The notes beneath the pieces were generated by a model. That model did no database searches. It saw only the letters and a program-made list of their open reading frames with translations, and was not told where the DNA came from. From positions 1-64,000 of IMG/VR virus record IMGVR_UViG_3300047564_002169: DNA of 64,000 bases, one strand, 5' to 3'. Both the position numbers and the translations under genes were made by a program. Positions 48,872 through 58,022 of this stretch are shown piece by piece; position 1 is the first letter of the stretch; each line of letters begins with the position of its first letter. This DNA comes from a virus.

Positions 48872-48900
48872 TTGCTTTTTTTTATTATGTGTTGTATACT
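48872..48900 (+). promoter_or_regulatory. Sigma70-type promoter for gp55
   Basis: TTGCTT-17 bp-TATACT. Confidence 0.7.
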
Positions 48901-48935
48901 TATGAATATATTGACCTATAGAGGAATGTTCATGT

Positions 48936-49493
48936 ATGGCACACTATGTAAATAACGCGGATCTTCTAAAAGCTCTGATAGAGTATAGAACAAAAAAAGC
49001 TGAAGCTGCGGCTGATGGTAAATCAAAACCACTTGTGAGTGATTACATCGGCGAATGTATTCTTAAGATCGCCACCCGCCTATCTCATAAACCCAACTTT
49101 ATAAATTACTCTTATCGAGAAGACATGATTCTTGATGGTGTGGAAAATTGTATTCAGTACATTGACAACTTCAATCCCGAACGATCAAGCAATCCCTTTG
49201 CATACTTTACGCAGATTATTTACTATGCATTTCTTCGCAGGATTGCTAAAGAAAAGAAACAAAGTTACATTAAAGGCAAATTGATTCAGGACATGCCATT
49301 TGATATGTTCGAGACGCAAGAACACGATGATGATAAAGAATTTCATAATCAGTACATGGAGTTTATGCAACAAAATTATCAGGTAGACGATTTTATTGCA
49401 CGTAAAAAAGCCAACCGTAAAAAGAAGGCTCAAGTTGATTTAGATGATTTTTTAGGTGATAAAAATGACGACCTCGATACAAAAAATGATTGA
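48936..49493 (+). CDS. 55: Late sigma factor gp55
   Basis: HYVNN, YIGEC..KIA..LS..PNF.NY.YREDMI.DG.EN, NPFAYFTQI.YYAF.RRI.KEKKQ. Confidence 0.96.
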   Translation: MAHYVNNADLLKALIEYRTKKAEAAADGKSKPLVSDYIGECILKIATRLSHKPNFINYSYREDMILDGVENCIQYIDNFNPERSSNPFAYFTQIIYYAFLRRIAKEKKQSYIKGKLIQDMPFDMFETQEHDDDKEFHNQYMEFMQQNYQVDDFIARKKANRKKKAQVDLDDFLGDKNDDLDTKND

Positions 49494-50649
49494 TAAAATT
49501 AATAGTAATTACAGAATCACTTCATCTAGAACGAGGGCTAGATTAAAAAAATTAAAAAAACGCAGAAAACGGTTTCAGAACAAACTATCTTGGGACATAA
49601 CTGATAACATATTTAATTTGAATAAAATTATGGAAAATCAAACCGATAAAATTTTTCTAGGCGTTTCAGATTTTGAAGACCTAGTTACATCTGAGATTAT
49701 GCGTAAGCGCGTCAGTGATAATCTCTCCACAGTGCAGCGAGAAACAACTGTTCTCTGCAATCGATCACAATGGCAGAAGTGGGCAGAAGTACAATTCAAA
49801 GATTTTATGTTTGTTCAGACCAATTCTTCTTCTGGGTTTATTGTTGAAGAAAAGACTAACAACCTAATTAAATTTTTCGTCAACAGTAACTCTACTGAGG
49901 TTCGCGCATTCGGTGATGATGATTTCGTTAAGGATGTTATTGATGTTGTTGAATCTGCTTTTTCTGTCGTCACTTCTTACATTGAGTGGATTTATTCCAG
50001 TGATGGCAACTCGGTTAATGTGCCATTGAATCGTGATCGCCTTCCCGTTGCAGAGATGTACCCATTCTTAAATGGAGAATCTCTTGAGTCATATTATGAC
50101 CGTTATATGGAATCATCTGCTAACATTCTTCTGCTGATTGGTCCTCCTGGAACTGGTAAGACAACATTCATTCGAGGATTGCTTGCGCATCGTCAATGTT
50201 CTGCAATGGTAACGTATGATGCTGGTATTCTCGAGAAAGATGCATTTTTTGCTGGCTTTATTGAGGATGATGCTTCGGTTATGGTTCTTGAAGACTCAGA
50301 CACATTCCTGAAATCTCGCTCTGATGGTAACACGATGATGCATCGATTCCTTAATGTAGGAGACGGTCTGGTTACCACTAAAGGTAAGAAAATGATTTTC
50401 TCAACCAATCTTCCAAGTATCCGCGACATTGATTCTGCGTTGATTCGACCAGGAAGATGTTTTGATATCGTCTCCTTTGATCTTCTGACTGGCGATCAAG
50501 CAAATATTCTTGCTAAAAAACTTGATGTTACTTTGCCAGTTCGCCCAGGCGGTAAAGAAAACGACAAATATTCTATTGCTGAAATTTTTAATCAACAATC
50601 TCAAAAACCGCAAAACTGTACCATGAACAGAAAAGTGGGGTTCATTTAA
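49465..50649 (+). CDS. AAA+ ATPase (start uncertain; alternative ATG at 49630)
   Basis: GPPGTGKT Walker A, VLED Walker B, STN sensor, DSALIRPGRCFD SRH, C-terminal VGF. Confidence 0.85.
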   Translation: MTTSIQKMIDKINSNYRITSSRTRARLKKLKKRRKRFQNKLSWDITDNIFNLNKIMENQTDKIFLGVSDFEDLVTSEIMRKRVSDNLSTVQRETTVLCNRSQWQKWAEVQFKDFMFVQTNSSSGFIVEEKTNNLIKFFVNSNSTEVRAFGDDDFVKDVIDVVESAFSVVTSYIEWIYSSDGNSVNVPLNRDRLPVAEMYPFLNGESLESYYDRYMESSANILLLIGPPGTGKTTFIRGLLAHRQCSAMVTYDAGILEKDAFFAGFIEDDASVMVLEDSDTFLKSRSDGNTMMHRFLNVGDGLVTTKGKKMIFSTNLPSIRDIDSALIRPGRCFDIVSFDLLTGDQANILAKKLDVTLPVRPGGKENDKYSIAEIFNQQSQKPQNCTMNRKVGFI

Positions 50650-50692
50650 TCGTGACGAATGTTAATATTAAATTTGTAAACTTGGAGATTGC

Positions 50693-51748
50693 ATGAGTAA
50701 GGTTGCCATTATAACAGATCAACATTTCGGCGCGAGATCGGACAGCATCGCTTTCTTAGATTTTTTTCAGAAGTTTTATGACAATATCTTTTTCCCAACC
50801 ATTGAGAAAGAAGGTATTGACACTGTCTTGATTCTTGGTGATACTTTCGATCGTCGCAAGTATATCAACTTCTATTCTCTGCATCGAGCAAAAGAAATGT
50901 TCTTCAACCTGCTTGCAGCTAAAGGTATTGAAGTTTATATGCTTGCTGGAAACCACGACACATACTATAAAAACACAAACGATGTAAACTCTCCTGATCT
51001 TCTACTACAGGAGTATGGCAACATAACTGTAATTGATACCCCTAGAACCATTAACGTTCATGGTGTCGATATTTGTATGATGCCATGGATATGCCCGGAA
51101 AATTATCAAGAGTCGCTTGACCACATTAAAACCACAATCGCTGAAATCTGTATGGGACATTTTGAGATCTCTGGGTTCGCGATGTATAGGGGGATGACAT
51201 CTCATGAAGGCTTGGGTAAAGAAACATTCGGAAAGTTTGATATGGTTTTTAGTGGGCATTATCATCACAAAAGTGACGATGGTCATATTTACTATCTGGG
51301 AAACCCGTACGAACTCACCTGGCAAGACTTTAACGATCCCAGAGGGTTTCATCTGTTTGATGTATCAACCAGAAAACTTGAATTTATCAGAAACCCTTAT
51401 ACTATGTTTGCACGAATCGAATATAACGACAGAGACCAAGAACCACTCGATTTAGATGCTTTAGATTTAAAAGAGTCATATGTAAAATTAGTTGTTGTCA
51501 ATAAAACTGACTTTTATAAATTTGATAAATTTATTCAGAAGTTGTACAATAAGGGTTGCCATGAAATTAAGATTGTTGAAGATATGTCGGAATTTCAAGA
51601 AGGTGAAATTGGAGAAGAAATTAACTTAGAAGACACTCTTTCTGTACTTTCTAATTATATCGACTCTGTTGAAACTGATGTTGATAAAGAACAAGTTAAA
51701 ACGTTTATGAGAACCTTATACACAGAGGCTGTTAACTACGAAGATTAA
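50693..51748 (+). CDS. 47: Recombination endonuclease subunit gp47 (Mre11/SbcD-like)
   Basis: TDQHFG, LGDTFD.RK, GNHD, GHFE, SGHYH. Confidence 0.96.
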   Translation: MSKVAIITDQHFGARSDSIAFLDFFQKFYDNIFFPTIEKEGIDTVLILGDTFDRRKYINFYSLHRAKEMFFNLLAAKGIEVYMLAGNHDTYYKNTNDVNSPDLLLQEYGNITVIDTPRTINVHGVDICMMPWICPENYQESLDHIKTTIAEICMGHFEISGFAMYRGMTSHEGLGKETFGKFDMVFSGHYHHKSDDGHIYYLGNPYELTWQDFNDPRGFHLFDVSTRKLEFIRNPYTMFARIEYNDRDQEPLDLDALDLKESYVKLVVVNKTDFYKFDKFIQKLYNKGCHEIKIVEDMSEFQEGEIGEEINLEDTLSVLSNYIDSVETDVDKEQVKTFMRTLYTEAVNYED

Positions 51749-51799
51749 GTTGGCAACAGTTTTAATTTGTGATTTATCTTTTATTTGGAAATACGTATA

Positions 51800-52093
51800 A
51801 TGCAACAACTTGAGATTAAATTTTTCTTTCCACTAACAGAACAAATTCCACTTGATTTGGATTTTAGTCCCTGTTATGAGTATGAAGCGAATAAACGAGC
51901 AGAAATTATTTCGCGTTCTACTCTGAGTGTCAATGGCGGCGGTATCGTGAACACGATGGCATTCACCGACTTACATCAATCATTTAGTATTAACATCGAC
52001 CAAACACCATTAACAGTCGTTTCTAAAAATAAACCCAACATCTTTAGAAGATATCTCTACAAGATTCTGGGCGTAACCTGGAAAGTTAAATGA
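51800..52093 (+). CDS. Hypothetical protein
   Basis: ATG at 51800; ATGA overlap with gp46. Confidence 0.6.
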   Translation: MQQLEIKFFFPLTEQIPLDLDFSPCYEYEANKRAEIISRSTLSVNGGGIVNTMAFTDLHQSFSINIDQTPLTVVSKNKPNIFRRYLYKILGVTWKVK

Positions 52094-53802
52094 TAAACTT
52101 TAAGTCTGTCAGCTGGTCTAATTTTCTTTCAACTGGTAATGTACCGAACAAGATACTGTTGAATAAGTCTCCAACCACTCTTATTATTGGTAAGAACGGT
52201 GAAGGGAAAAGCACAATCTTAGATGCGTTGTGTTTTTCGCTATTTGGAAAACCATTCCGCAATATCAACAAGGGGCAGCTGGTAAATTCTATCAACGGTA
52301 AAAAGTGTCTTGTTGAAGTTGAGTTTGGTGTTAATGGTAAAGAATATAAGATCGTTCGCGGCATTAAACCAAACATCTTTGAAATTTGGGTTGATGGTGT
52401 GATGATCAATCAGGACGCTGCTGTTAAAGATTATCAAAAGGTTCTTGAGCAACAAATCCTTAAACTGAATTATAAGACATTCACTCAAGTGGTTATCTTA
52501 GGGTCTGCATCATTTGTTCCATTTATGCAGCTACCGTCAACTCAACGCAGAGAAGTCATTGAAGACATTCTTGATATTCGTATCTTCTCTACGATGAATC
52601 AGTTATTAAAAGAAAAACACCAAGACACCAGAAATCAAATTCAAAAAATCGAAGCGGAACTTGCCACTGCAAAATCTAAAGTTGATGCGCAACAAACGCT
52701 CATCAAAACTATTAGCGACGCGAAGACTGAGACGATCAAAAATATACAAACAAAGATTGAATCCAACTCTTCTCAGATATTCAACACAACCCAAGAAATC
52801 GCAGCGATTATTTCACACATCAATAATCTTAAAGAGAGTATCGCGAACAAGGAACGGCTTGTTGAAGATATCGATAAGGCAAAGTCAATAAGAGCGAAAT
52901 TAAATCAGAAAATAGAAACGTGTGAACATAACGCAGAATTCTTCACACAGAATGATGTATGTCCACAATGTAGCCAAGATATTCCGGAAGATTACAAGTC
53001 TAAAATTATCTATGACTTACAATCTAAAATTGAAGAAAGCGATAAAAAAATTGGTGACCTTGAAACAGTTTTAGACGGGCTTCAGCATAAATTAAAAGAT
53101 ATTAATATTATCGTGGATCAAATCACTGATAAGAATATTGAACTGTCTACTAAAAACTCCACAGTAACATTATTGAATGCGCAAATCGAAGAACTAAAAC
53201 AAGAGATTGAAGATCATAAAGCTAATACTGCTGATGTGGACACAGAAAAGAAAAAACTGAAAGAACTAGCCAATGATGCACTAGAAAAGATAAAACAGAA
53301 AACTAATCTTCAAGAAACTCGCAACATCCAAGAAGTTGCATCAGCGTTGCTGAAAGACACTGGCATCAAGACTGCTATTATTCGCGAATATCTGCCAGTG
53401 ATGAACAAGCTGATCAACAAGTATTTAAATTCTATGGATGCTTATGTTCAGTTTGAATTAGACGAAGCGTTCAATGAGACTGTTAAATCTCGCCATCGTG
53501 ATGAATTCACATACGCTAGTTTCTCAGAAGGCGAAAAGCAAAAAATAGATTTAGCGATTCTATTCACGTGGAGGCAGATCGCTAAAATGAAAAATAGTGT
53601 TAATACCAATCTTCTGTTGATGGATGAGATATTTGACTCTAGTTTGGACGCGCAAGGCACTGATCATCTGATGAACTTGTTATCTCAAATAACCAATGAC
53701 ACCAATGTTTTTATAATCTCGCATAAAGGAGATCAGCTGTTTGATAAATTCAGGTCAGTTATACGGTTCGAAAAGGTGAATGAATTTTCAGTCATGAAAT
53801 GA
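52090..53802 (+). CDS. 46: Recombination ATPase subunit gp46 (Rad50/SbcC-like)
   Basis: GKNGEGKS, CPQC zinc hook, FSEGEK signature, LMDEIFD, ISH. Confidence 0.96.
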   Translation: MINFKSVSWSNFLSTGNVPNKILLNKSPTTLIIGKNGEGKSTILDALCFSLFGKPFRNINKGQLVNSINGKKCLVEVEFGVNGKEYKIVRGIKPNIFEIWVDGVMINQDAAVKDYQKVLEQQILKLNYKTFTQVVILGSASFVPFMQLPSTQRREVIEDILDIRIFSTMNQLLKEKHQDTRNQIQKIEAELATAKSKVDAQQTLIKTISDAKTETIKNIQTKIESNSSQIFNTTQEIAAIISHINNLKESIANKERLVEDIDKAKSIRAKLNQKIETCEHNAEFFTQNDVCPQCSQDIPEDYKSKIIYDLQSKIEESDKKIGDLETVLDGLQHKLKDINIIVDQITDKNIELSTKNSTVTLLNAQIEELKQEIEDHKANTADVDTEKKKLKELANDALEKIKQKTNLQETRNIQEVASALLKDTGIKTAIIREYLPVMNKLINKYLNSMDAYVQFELDEAFNETVKSRHRDEFTYASFSEGEKQKIDLAILFTWRQIAKMKNSVNTNLLLMDEIFDSSLDAQGTDHLMNLLSQITNDTNVFIISHKGDQLFDKFRSVIRFEKVNEFSVMK

Positions 53803-53818
53803 TGTGCGCCTAGTCACG

Positions 53819-53831
53819 TAAGTTGTTGATT
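53819..53831 (-). promoter_or_regulatory. IHF consensus binding site
   Basis: Minus strand AATCAACAACTTA is an exact match to WATCAANNNNTTR. Confidence 0.5.
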
Positions 53832-53846
53832 TTACAAGTAAAAAAT

Positions 53847-53871
53847 AAACCCTACTAAATGTAGGGTTTTT
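53847..53871 (+). terminator. Terminator-like hairpin after gp46
   Basis: aaaccctac-taaat-gtagggttt followed by T residues; A-run upstream, so possibly bidirectional. Confidence 0.7.
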
Positions 53872-53882
53872 GCATTTAATGC

Positions 53883-53911
53883 TTGCCTTTTATTCAGATT
53901 TGGGGCATAAT
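53883..53911 (+). promoter_or_regulatory. Early sigma70-type promoter
   Basis: TTGCCT-17 bp-CATAAT. Confidence 0.75.
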
Positions 53912-53936
53912 TACGTTATTGATTATGGAGAATGTG

Positions 53937-56054
53937 ATGGAAATAAAAGCAACTGACTTATCTGCTCGACTTCTGGCGAATGAAAATCTTTCAATCGTGC
54001 GCGCTCGTGCACGCACTGCATCCTTTGACATTAAGAGTCGTGTTCTGACTCTGCCGATTTGGAAAGAGATGACGCCTGAAGTTGAAGATATGCTTGTCGG
54101 GCATGAAGTTGGTCATGCTCTTTACACGACTGAAGATTACATCAAACCTATCGAAGAAAATCATAAACTTATGAGTTATATGAACGTCATTGAAGACGTT
54201 CGAATCGAAAAATTAATCAAACGTAAATACCCTGGTCTGCGCAAGCGTATGAACGAGGGTTATAAACAATTAAATGACCGCGACTTTTTTGGTGTAAAAA
54301 CTATTCAGGACTTTGACGATCTTCTTCTCATTGACAAGATTAATCTTTATTTCAAAGTAGGATTTGACTGTGGCGTTAAATTCACGTCAGAAGAAAAGGT
54401 GTTTGTCACTCGCGCAGAGCAATGCGAAACTATTGATGACGTTATCTCGCTGGCGAAAGATGTCTATGAGTTCTCCAAACAGAAAGCAGAAGAGCGTGAG
54501 CAGCGCATGGGCGACCAGGGTTTAGAAGAAACTGATGAAGAAGATGAAGTGTATGATGTAGTTTCAACACACGATGACGAAGAATGGGATTTAGATGATA
54601 TTGGAGATAATTCTACAGACGGCTCAAGTAATTCAAAACAAGGCTCTGATCCTTCTGAAGAAAATTTGGAATCTAAAACTGATCGTGCGTTCAAAATCAA
54701 ACTTGATGCATTGGCTGATGAAAACACTAAGTACAATTATTGGAAATTTCATCATTCTTCTTTTGACGAAACTGTCATTGATTACAAAAGAATACTTAAT
54801 GAGACCAAATCACCAGCAGAATGGGCTGATATCAGCCCATTCGATGCGCCGCGGGTTATATCAAAAGAGTTTGATCAATTCAAAGTTGAAACTGCTCGTA
54901 CCGTGAATTATCTCGTTAAAGAATTCGAGATGAAAAAATCTGCTCAACTCTACAAACGTTCACAGATTTCTAAAGTTGGTTCTATTGATATGCGTAAAGT
55001 TTATGCATATAAACTTAAAGATGATTTATTTAAGCGTGTTACTGCATTGCCCCAAGGTAAAAATCATGGTATGGTCATGCTCGTTGATTGGTCTGGTTCT
55101 ATGGACAACGTTCTTATTGATACTATCAAACAGGTCATCAATTTGGCACAATTCTGTAATCGCGTTCAGATTCCATATCGCGTGTATGCTTTTACTAGTG
55201 GATATTTTGATCGCGCGAGATCTCGCAAAGATTACAATGAACTATACACTCGACACGAAGCGGCGAGAAAAAAAGTCGGAAACTGGCTCAATGTCAGCGC
55301 GACTCAATTTCGTCTATTGGAATTGTTCTCCAGTAAAATGACCAATAGCGAGTTTAATGCTATGTCTGCTCGTCTTGTGCATCATCGTTTCACTCACAAT
55401 AAAGGCTATGCCACACACGGAACTCCATTGAATGAGGCTCTCGCTTTCGTATATGAAAACCTTGGAGATTTCATCAAGACCAACAATATTGAAAAAACTA
55501 CATTCATCACTCTGACTGACGGTGCAGGTGCGCAGCTGCAAGGCGTTAATACTCGTCCACCGCTTTCTCCCACGGCTTATGAAGGTGATGGTCAGCACTT
55601 TAAGTATATTAAACAAAAACATTTTATTAAAGAGGAAACAACACAAAAAACATACGAATTGAATAATTATTCGACTAATCAAACTGATGTTATTTTGCGT
55701 ATGATTAAAGATCGTTACAAAGTTTCTGTTGTAGGATTCCACATATGCAGCAACAACAAACGCGATTTGAAAAATGTGATCGAAGCTAACATTCCAAATT
55801 ACACCGGAGATATCCTCGGACTTATCGAAAATTGGAAAATGCAATTTCGCAAAAACAGTTTTGTGTCTATTAAGAACACTGCTCGTGATGAGTTGTTTAT
55901 TATTCCCCAGTCCTCTACAAAAATTGAAGAAGGAGAACTTGAGGTCACAACCGACGCGACTGTAAAAACAATCGCGAAAAACTTTAGTAAATATCTAAAT
56001 GTGAAAAAGACTAGCAGAGTACTTCTGAATCGATTCGTGGCACTTGTGGCATAA
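53937..56054 (+). CDS. CobT-like protein: HEXXH metallopeptidase-like domain plus vWA domain
   Basis: GHEVGHALYT, acidic linker, DWSGS MIDAS, GTPL, TDG. Confidence 0.85.
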   Translation: MEIKATDLSARLLANENLSIVRARARTASFDIKSRVLTLPIWKEMTPEVEDMLVGHEVGHALYTTEDYIKPIEENHKLMSYMNVIEDVRIEKLIKRKYPGLRKRMNEGYKQLNDRDFFGVKTIQDFDDLLLIDKINLYFKVGFDCGVKFTSEEKVFVTRAEQCETIDDVISLAKDVYEFSKQKAEEREQRMGDQGLEETDEEDEVYDVVSTHDDEEWDLDDIGDNSTDGSSNSKQGSDPSEENLESKTDRAFKIKLDALADENTKYNYWKFHHSSFDETVIDYKRILNETKSPAEWADISPFDAPRVISKEFDQFKVETARTVNYLVKEFEMKKSAQLYKRSQISKVGSIDMRKVYAYKLKDDLFKRVTALPQGKNHGMVMLVDWSGSMDNVLIDTIKQVINLAQFCNRVQIPYRVYAFTSGYFDRARSRKDYNELYTRHEAARKKVGNWLNVSATQFRLLELFSSKMTNSEFNAMSARLVHHRFTHNKGYATHGTPLNEALAFVYENLGDFIKTNNIEKTTFITLTDGAGAQLQGVNTRPPLSPTAYEGDGQHFKYIKQKHFIKEETTQKTYELNNYSTNQTDVILRMIKDRYKVSVVGFHICSNNKRDLKNVIEANIPNYTGDILGLIENWKMQFRKNSFVSIKNTARDELFIIPQSSTKIEEGELEVTTDATVKTIAKNFSKYLNVKKTSRVLLNRFVALVA

Positions 56055-56088
56055 CCACCACATCTTTCTAAATTGCTGCAAAAAATGC

Positions 56089-56117
56089 TTGCCTTTTATT
56101 GCATTTTAATGTATAAT
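56089..56117 (+). promoter_or_regulatory. Early sigma70-type promoter
   Basis: TTGCCT-17 bp-TATAAT. Confidence 0.8.
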
Positions 56118-56150
56118 ATTATTATTGAAACTTGATTATGGAGATTTGTG

Positions 56151-57314
56151 ATGGCAAAAATTGATACACAGTTCCGCGAGAAATTTGAACAAAAATTGTT
56201 CGAGATGTATCCTGACGTTCAGACTAAATGCGTCGTGAGTCGCCCTCAACTTGTAGAAGTTATGGAGCGTTTAAATACTGATAAATTTCCTTTGTGGCTT
56301 ATGAAAGAAAAAGTTGGTCGCGGATTATATGCAGTCAGCAATGCGGTGTCTGTTGATACCCGCGCTACAGTGAAAGATAAACCTGTGAAACAAGAATCGT
56401 TCGTGGTGGATTACACCGACACTAAATCACTCATTCCCGTTAAAGACGCGAGTTTTGTACCTTTTGGTAATTATAATGACTTGGAAAATATCATTAAATC
56501 TGGTATTTTCTATCCAGCGTATATCTCTGGTCCAACTGGTAATGGTAAATCGACGATGGTCGAGCAAATTTGCGCGAAACATAAACGTCCTTTGATTCGA
56601 GTAAATTTGAACATGATGACGGATGAAGAACAACTCATCGGTTCTAAAACTCTTATTGACGGTAATGTGCAAATTGTTGAAGGTCCAGTGCTCATCGCCA
56701 TGCGAACTGGAACGACGATGCTACTTGACGAAATTGATGCGGGAGCAGCAAACACCCTTCTCTGTTTGCAGCCGATTCTTGAGGGTAAGCCATACTACTT
56801 CAAACTCAAAAACGAGATGATTGTTCCTGCGCCTGGGTTCAATGTGATTGCTACAGCAAACACTAAAGGTAAGGGATCAGACGATGGTCGTTACATCGGC
56901 ACTAATGTGTTGAACGAAGCATTCCTGGAGCGTTTTGCTGTCACGTTTGAACAGGATTATCCTGCTGCAAAGGTAGAGATTAAGATTATCAAGAATTTGA
57001 TGCAAACTTATCAGTGCGTTGATGATGAGTTTGCAGAAACTCTCGTCAAATGGGCTGAAGCAATTCGTCGCACTTTTGCTGATGGTGGCGTAGACGAAAC
57101 AATCACAACTCGTCGTATGATTCACATCGTTAGAGCATTTGCCATCTTTAAGAACCGCTCAAAGGCTGTAGAGCTTTGCTGCAATCGATTCGATGCCGCG
57201 ACTAAGTCTGCTTTCATTGATTTATATGATAAGGTGGCGACCCCACAACCAGAAGTTGTGTCCGATGATATACTAACGGTAAATCCTGCCGGGAACCAAG
57301 AAATTCCGTTTTAA
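56151..57314 (+). CDS. cobS: CobS/MoxR-family AAA+ ATPase
   Basis: GPTGNGKS, LLDEID, ATANTKGKGSDDGR, NEAFLERF, TTRR. Confidence 0.9.
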   Translation: MAKIDTQFREKFEQKLFEMYPDVQTKCVVSRPQLVEVMERLNTDKFPLWLMKEKVGRGLYAVSNAVSVDTRATVKDKPVKQESFVVDYTDTKSLIPVKDASFVPFGNYNDLENIIKSGIFYPAYISGPTGNGKSTMVEQICAKHKRPLIRVNLNMMTDEEQLIGSKTLIDGNVQIVEGPVLIAMRTGTTMLLDEIDAGAANTLLCLQPILEGKPYYFKLKNEMIVPAPGFNVIATANTKGKGSDDGRYIGTNVLNEAFLERFAVTFEQDYPAAKVEIKIIKNLMQTYQCVDDEFAETLVKWAEAIRRTFADGGVDETITTRRMIHIVRAFAIFKNRSKAVELCCNRFDAATKSAFIDLYDKVATPQPEVVSDDILTVNPAGNQEIPF

Positions 57315-57373
57315 CCGGAGAAACTAGGTGGAGAAACTGCTCCATACGCCTCGTAAAAAGTTGCAAAAAAGTG

Positions 57374-57402
57374 TTGTCTTTAATTTGTAATTAAGGTATA
57401 AT
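57374..57402 (+). promoter_or_regulatory. Early sigma70-type promoter
   Basis: TTGTCT-17 bp-TATAAT. Confidence 0.8.
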
Positions 57403-57446
57403 ATACCTGTGGTACTTGTGAAACTTCTTGAAAAAGGAAATATACT

Positions 57447-57932
57447 ATGTTGAAATTTACAAATCTGTCCTTGGCACAAAAACGTTTCGTGGTTGCCGTG
57501 ATTGAATCTAACCCGCACTACAAAAAAGATCCTCAGATCACTCTGAAAGAATGTGCTGCCATTTATAACGCTCTCCGCGATCAACGAACTGGTTCGAAAC
57601 ACGAGAAAATCGGTTACCCTAACTGGCTGTTCAATAAAAATAAAGTTGAACGGGGTGTGTATCAACTACCTATTCCAACACCTCAACAACTTTCTGAATA
57701 TCAACAAGAACTTAGCGGCAAGATGTCGCCCGTCGCTAAGGCTAAAGCTAAGGTTGCGAAAGTTCAGAAAGCTAAACCTGTTATGGTTAAGAACACTACC
57801 GTAGATAGTGCAGAGAAAGAAGAACAGTTGGAAGCATCTCGTTTACAACAGATTGTAGATGAGTCGGTTGAATACGACGCCGATATTGAAGACTTCAATC
57901 AGATTCTTAAAGATAATGGTATTGAAATTTAA
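57447..57932 (+). CDS. Hypothetical early protein
   Basis: AAGGA RBS; own promoter; PNWL...KVERGVY motif, similar to the CobS N-terminus PLWL...KVGRGLY. Confidence 0.8.
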   Translation: MLKFTNLSLAQKRFVVAVIESNPHYKKDPQITLKECAAIYNALRDQRTGSKHEKIGYPNWLFNKNKVERGVYQLPIPTPQQLSEYQQELSGKMSPVAKAKAKVAKVQKAKPVMVKNTTVDSAEKEEQLEASRLQQIVDESVEYDADIEDFNQILKDNGIEI

Positions 57933-57949
57933 TGCACAACTATCATCCG

Positions 57950-57999
57950 TCGCTGGAAGGTACGCCATCGCCTTCCAGCGATTCTTTTCATTCGATGGC
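57950..57999 (+). promoter_or_regulatory. Hairpin/pseudoknot element in the leader of the 58023 gene
   Basis: 11-bp stem 57950-57960/57971-57981; loop gccatc is complementary to gatggc at 57994-57999. Confidence 0.55.
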
Positions 58000-58022
58000 A
58001 TTACATAATGGAGATATCATTT

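Noticed and set aside
34704-53802. Introns or inteins in gp17, gp20, gp23, uvsW, gp46 or gp47
   Set aside because: All have continuous frames of ordinary length with no intein terminal motifs
56151-57314. Cobalamin biosynthesis as an auxiliary metabolic function of cobS
   Set aside because: No cobN or other cob genes; the sequence supports only a generic MoxR AAA+/vWA pair
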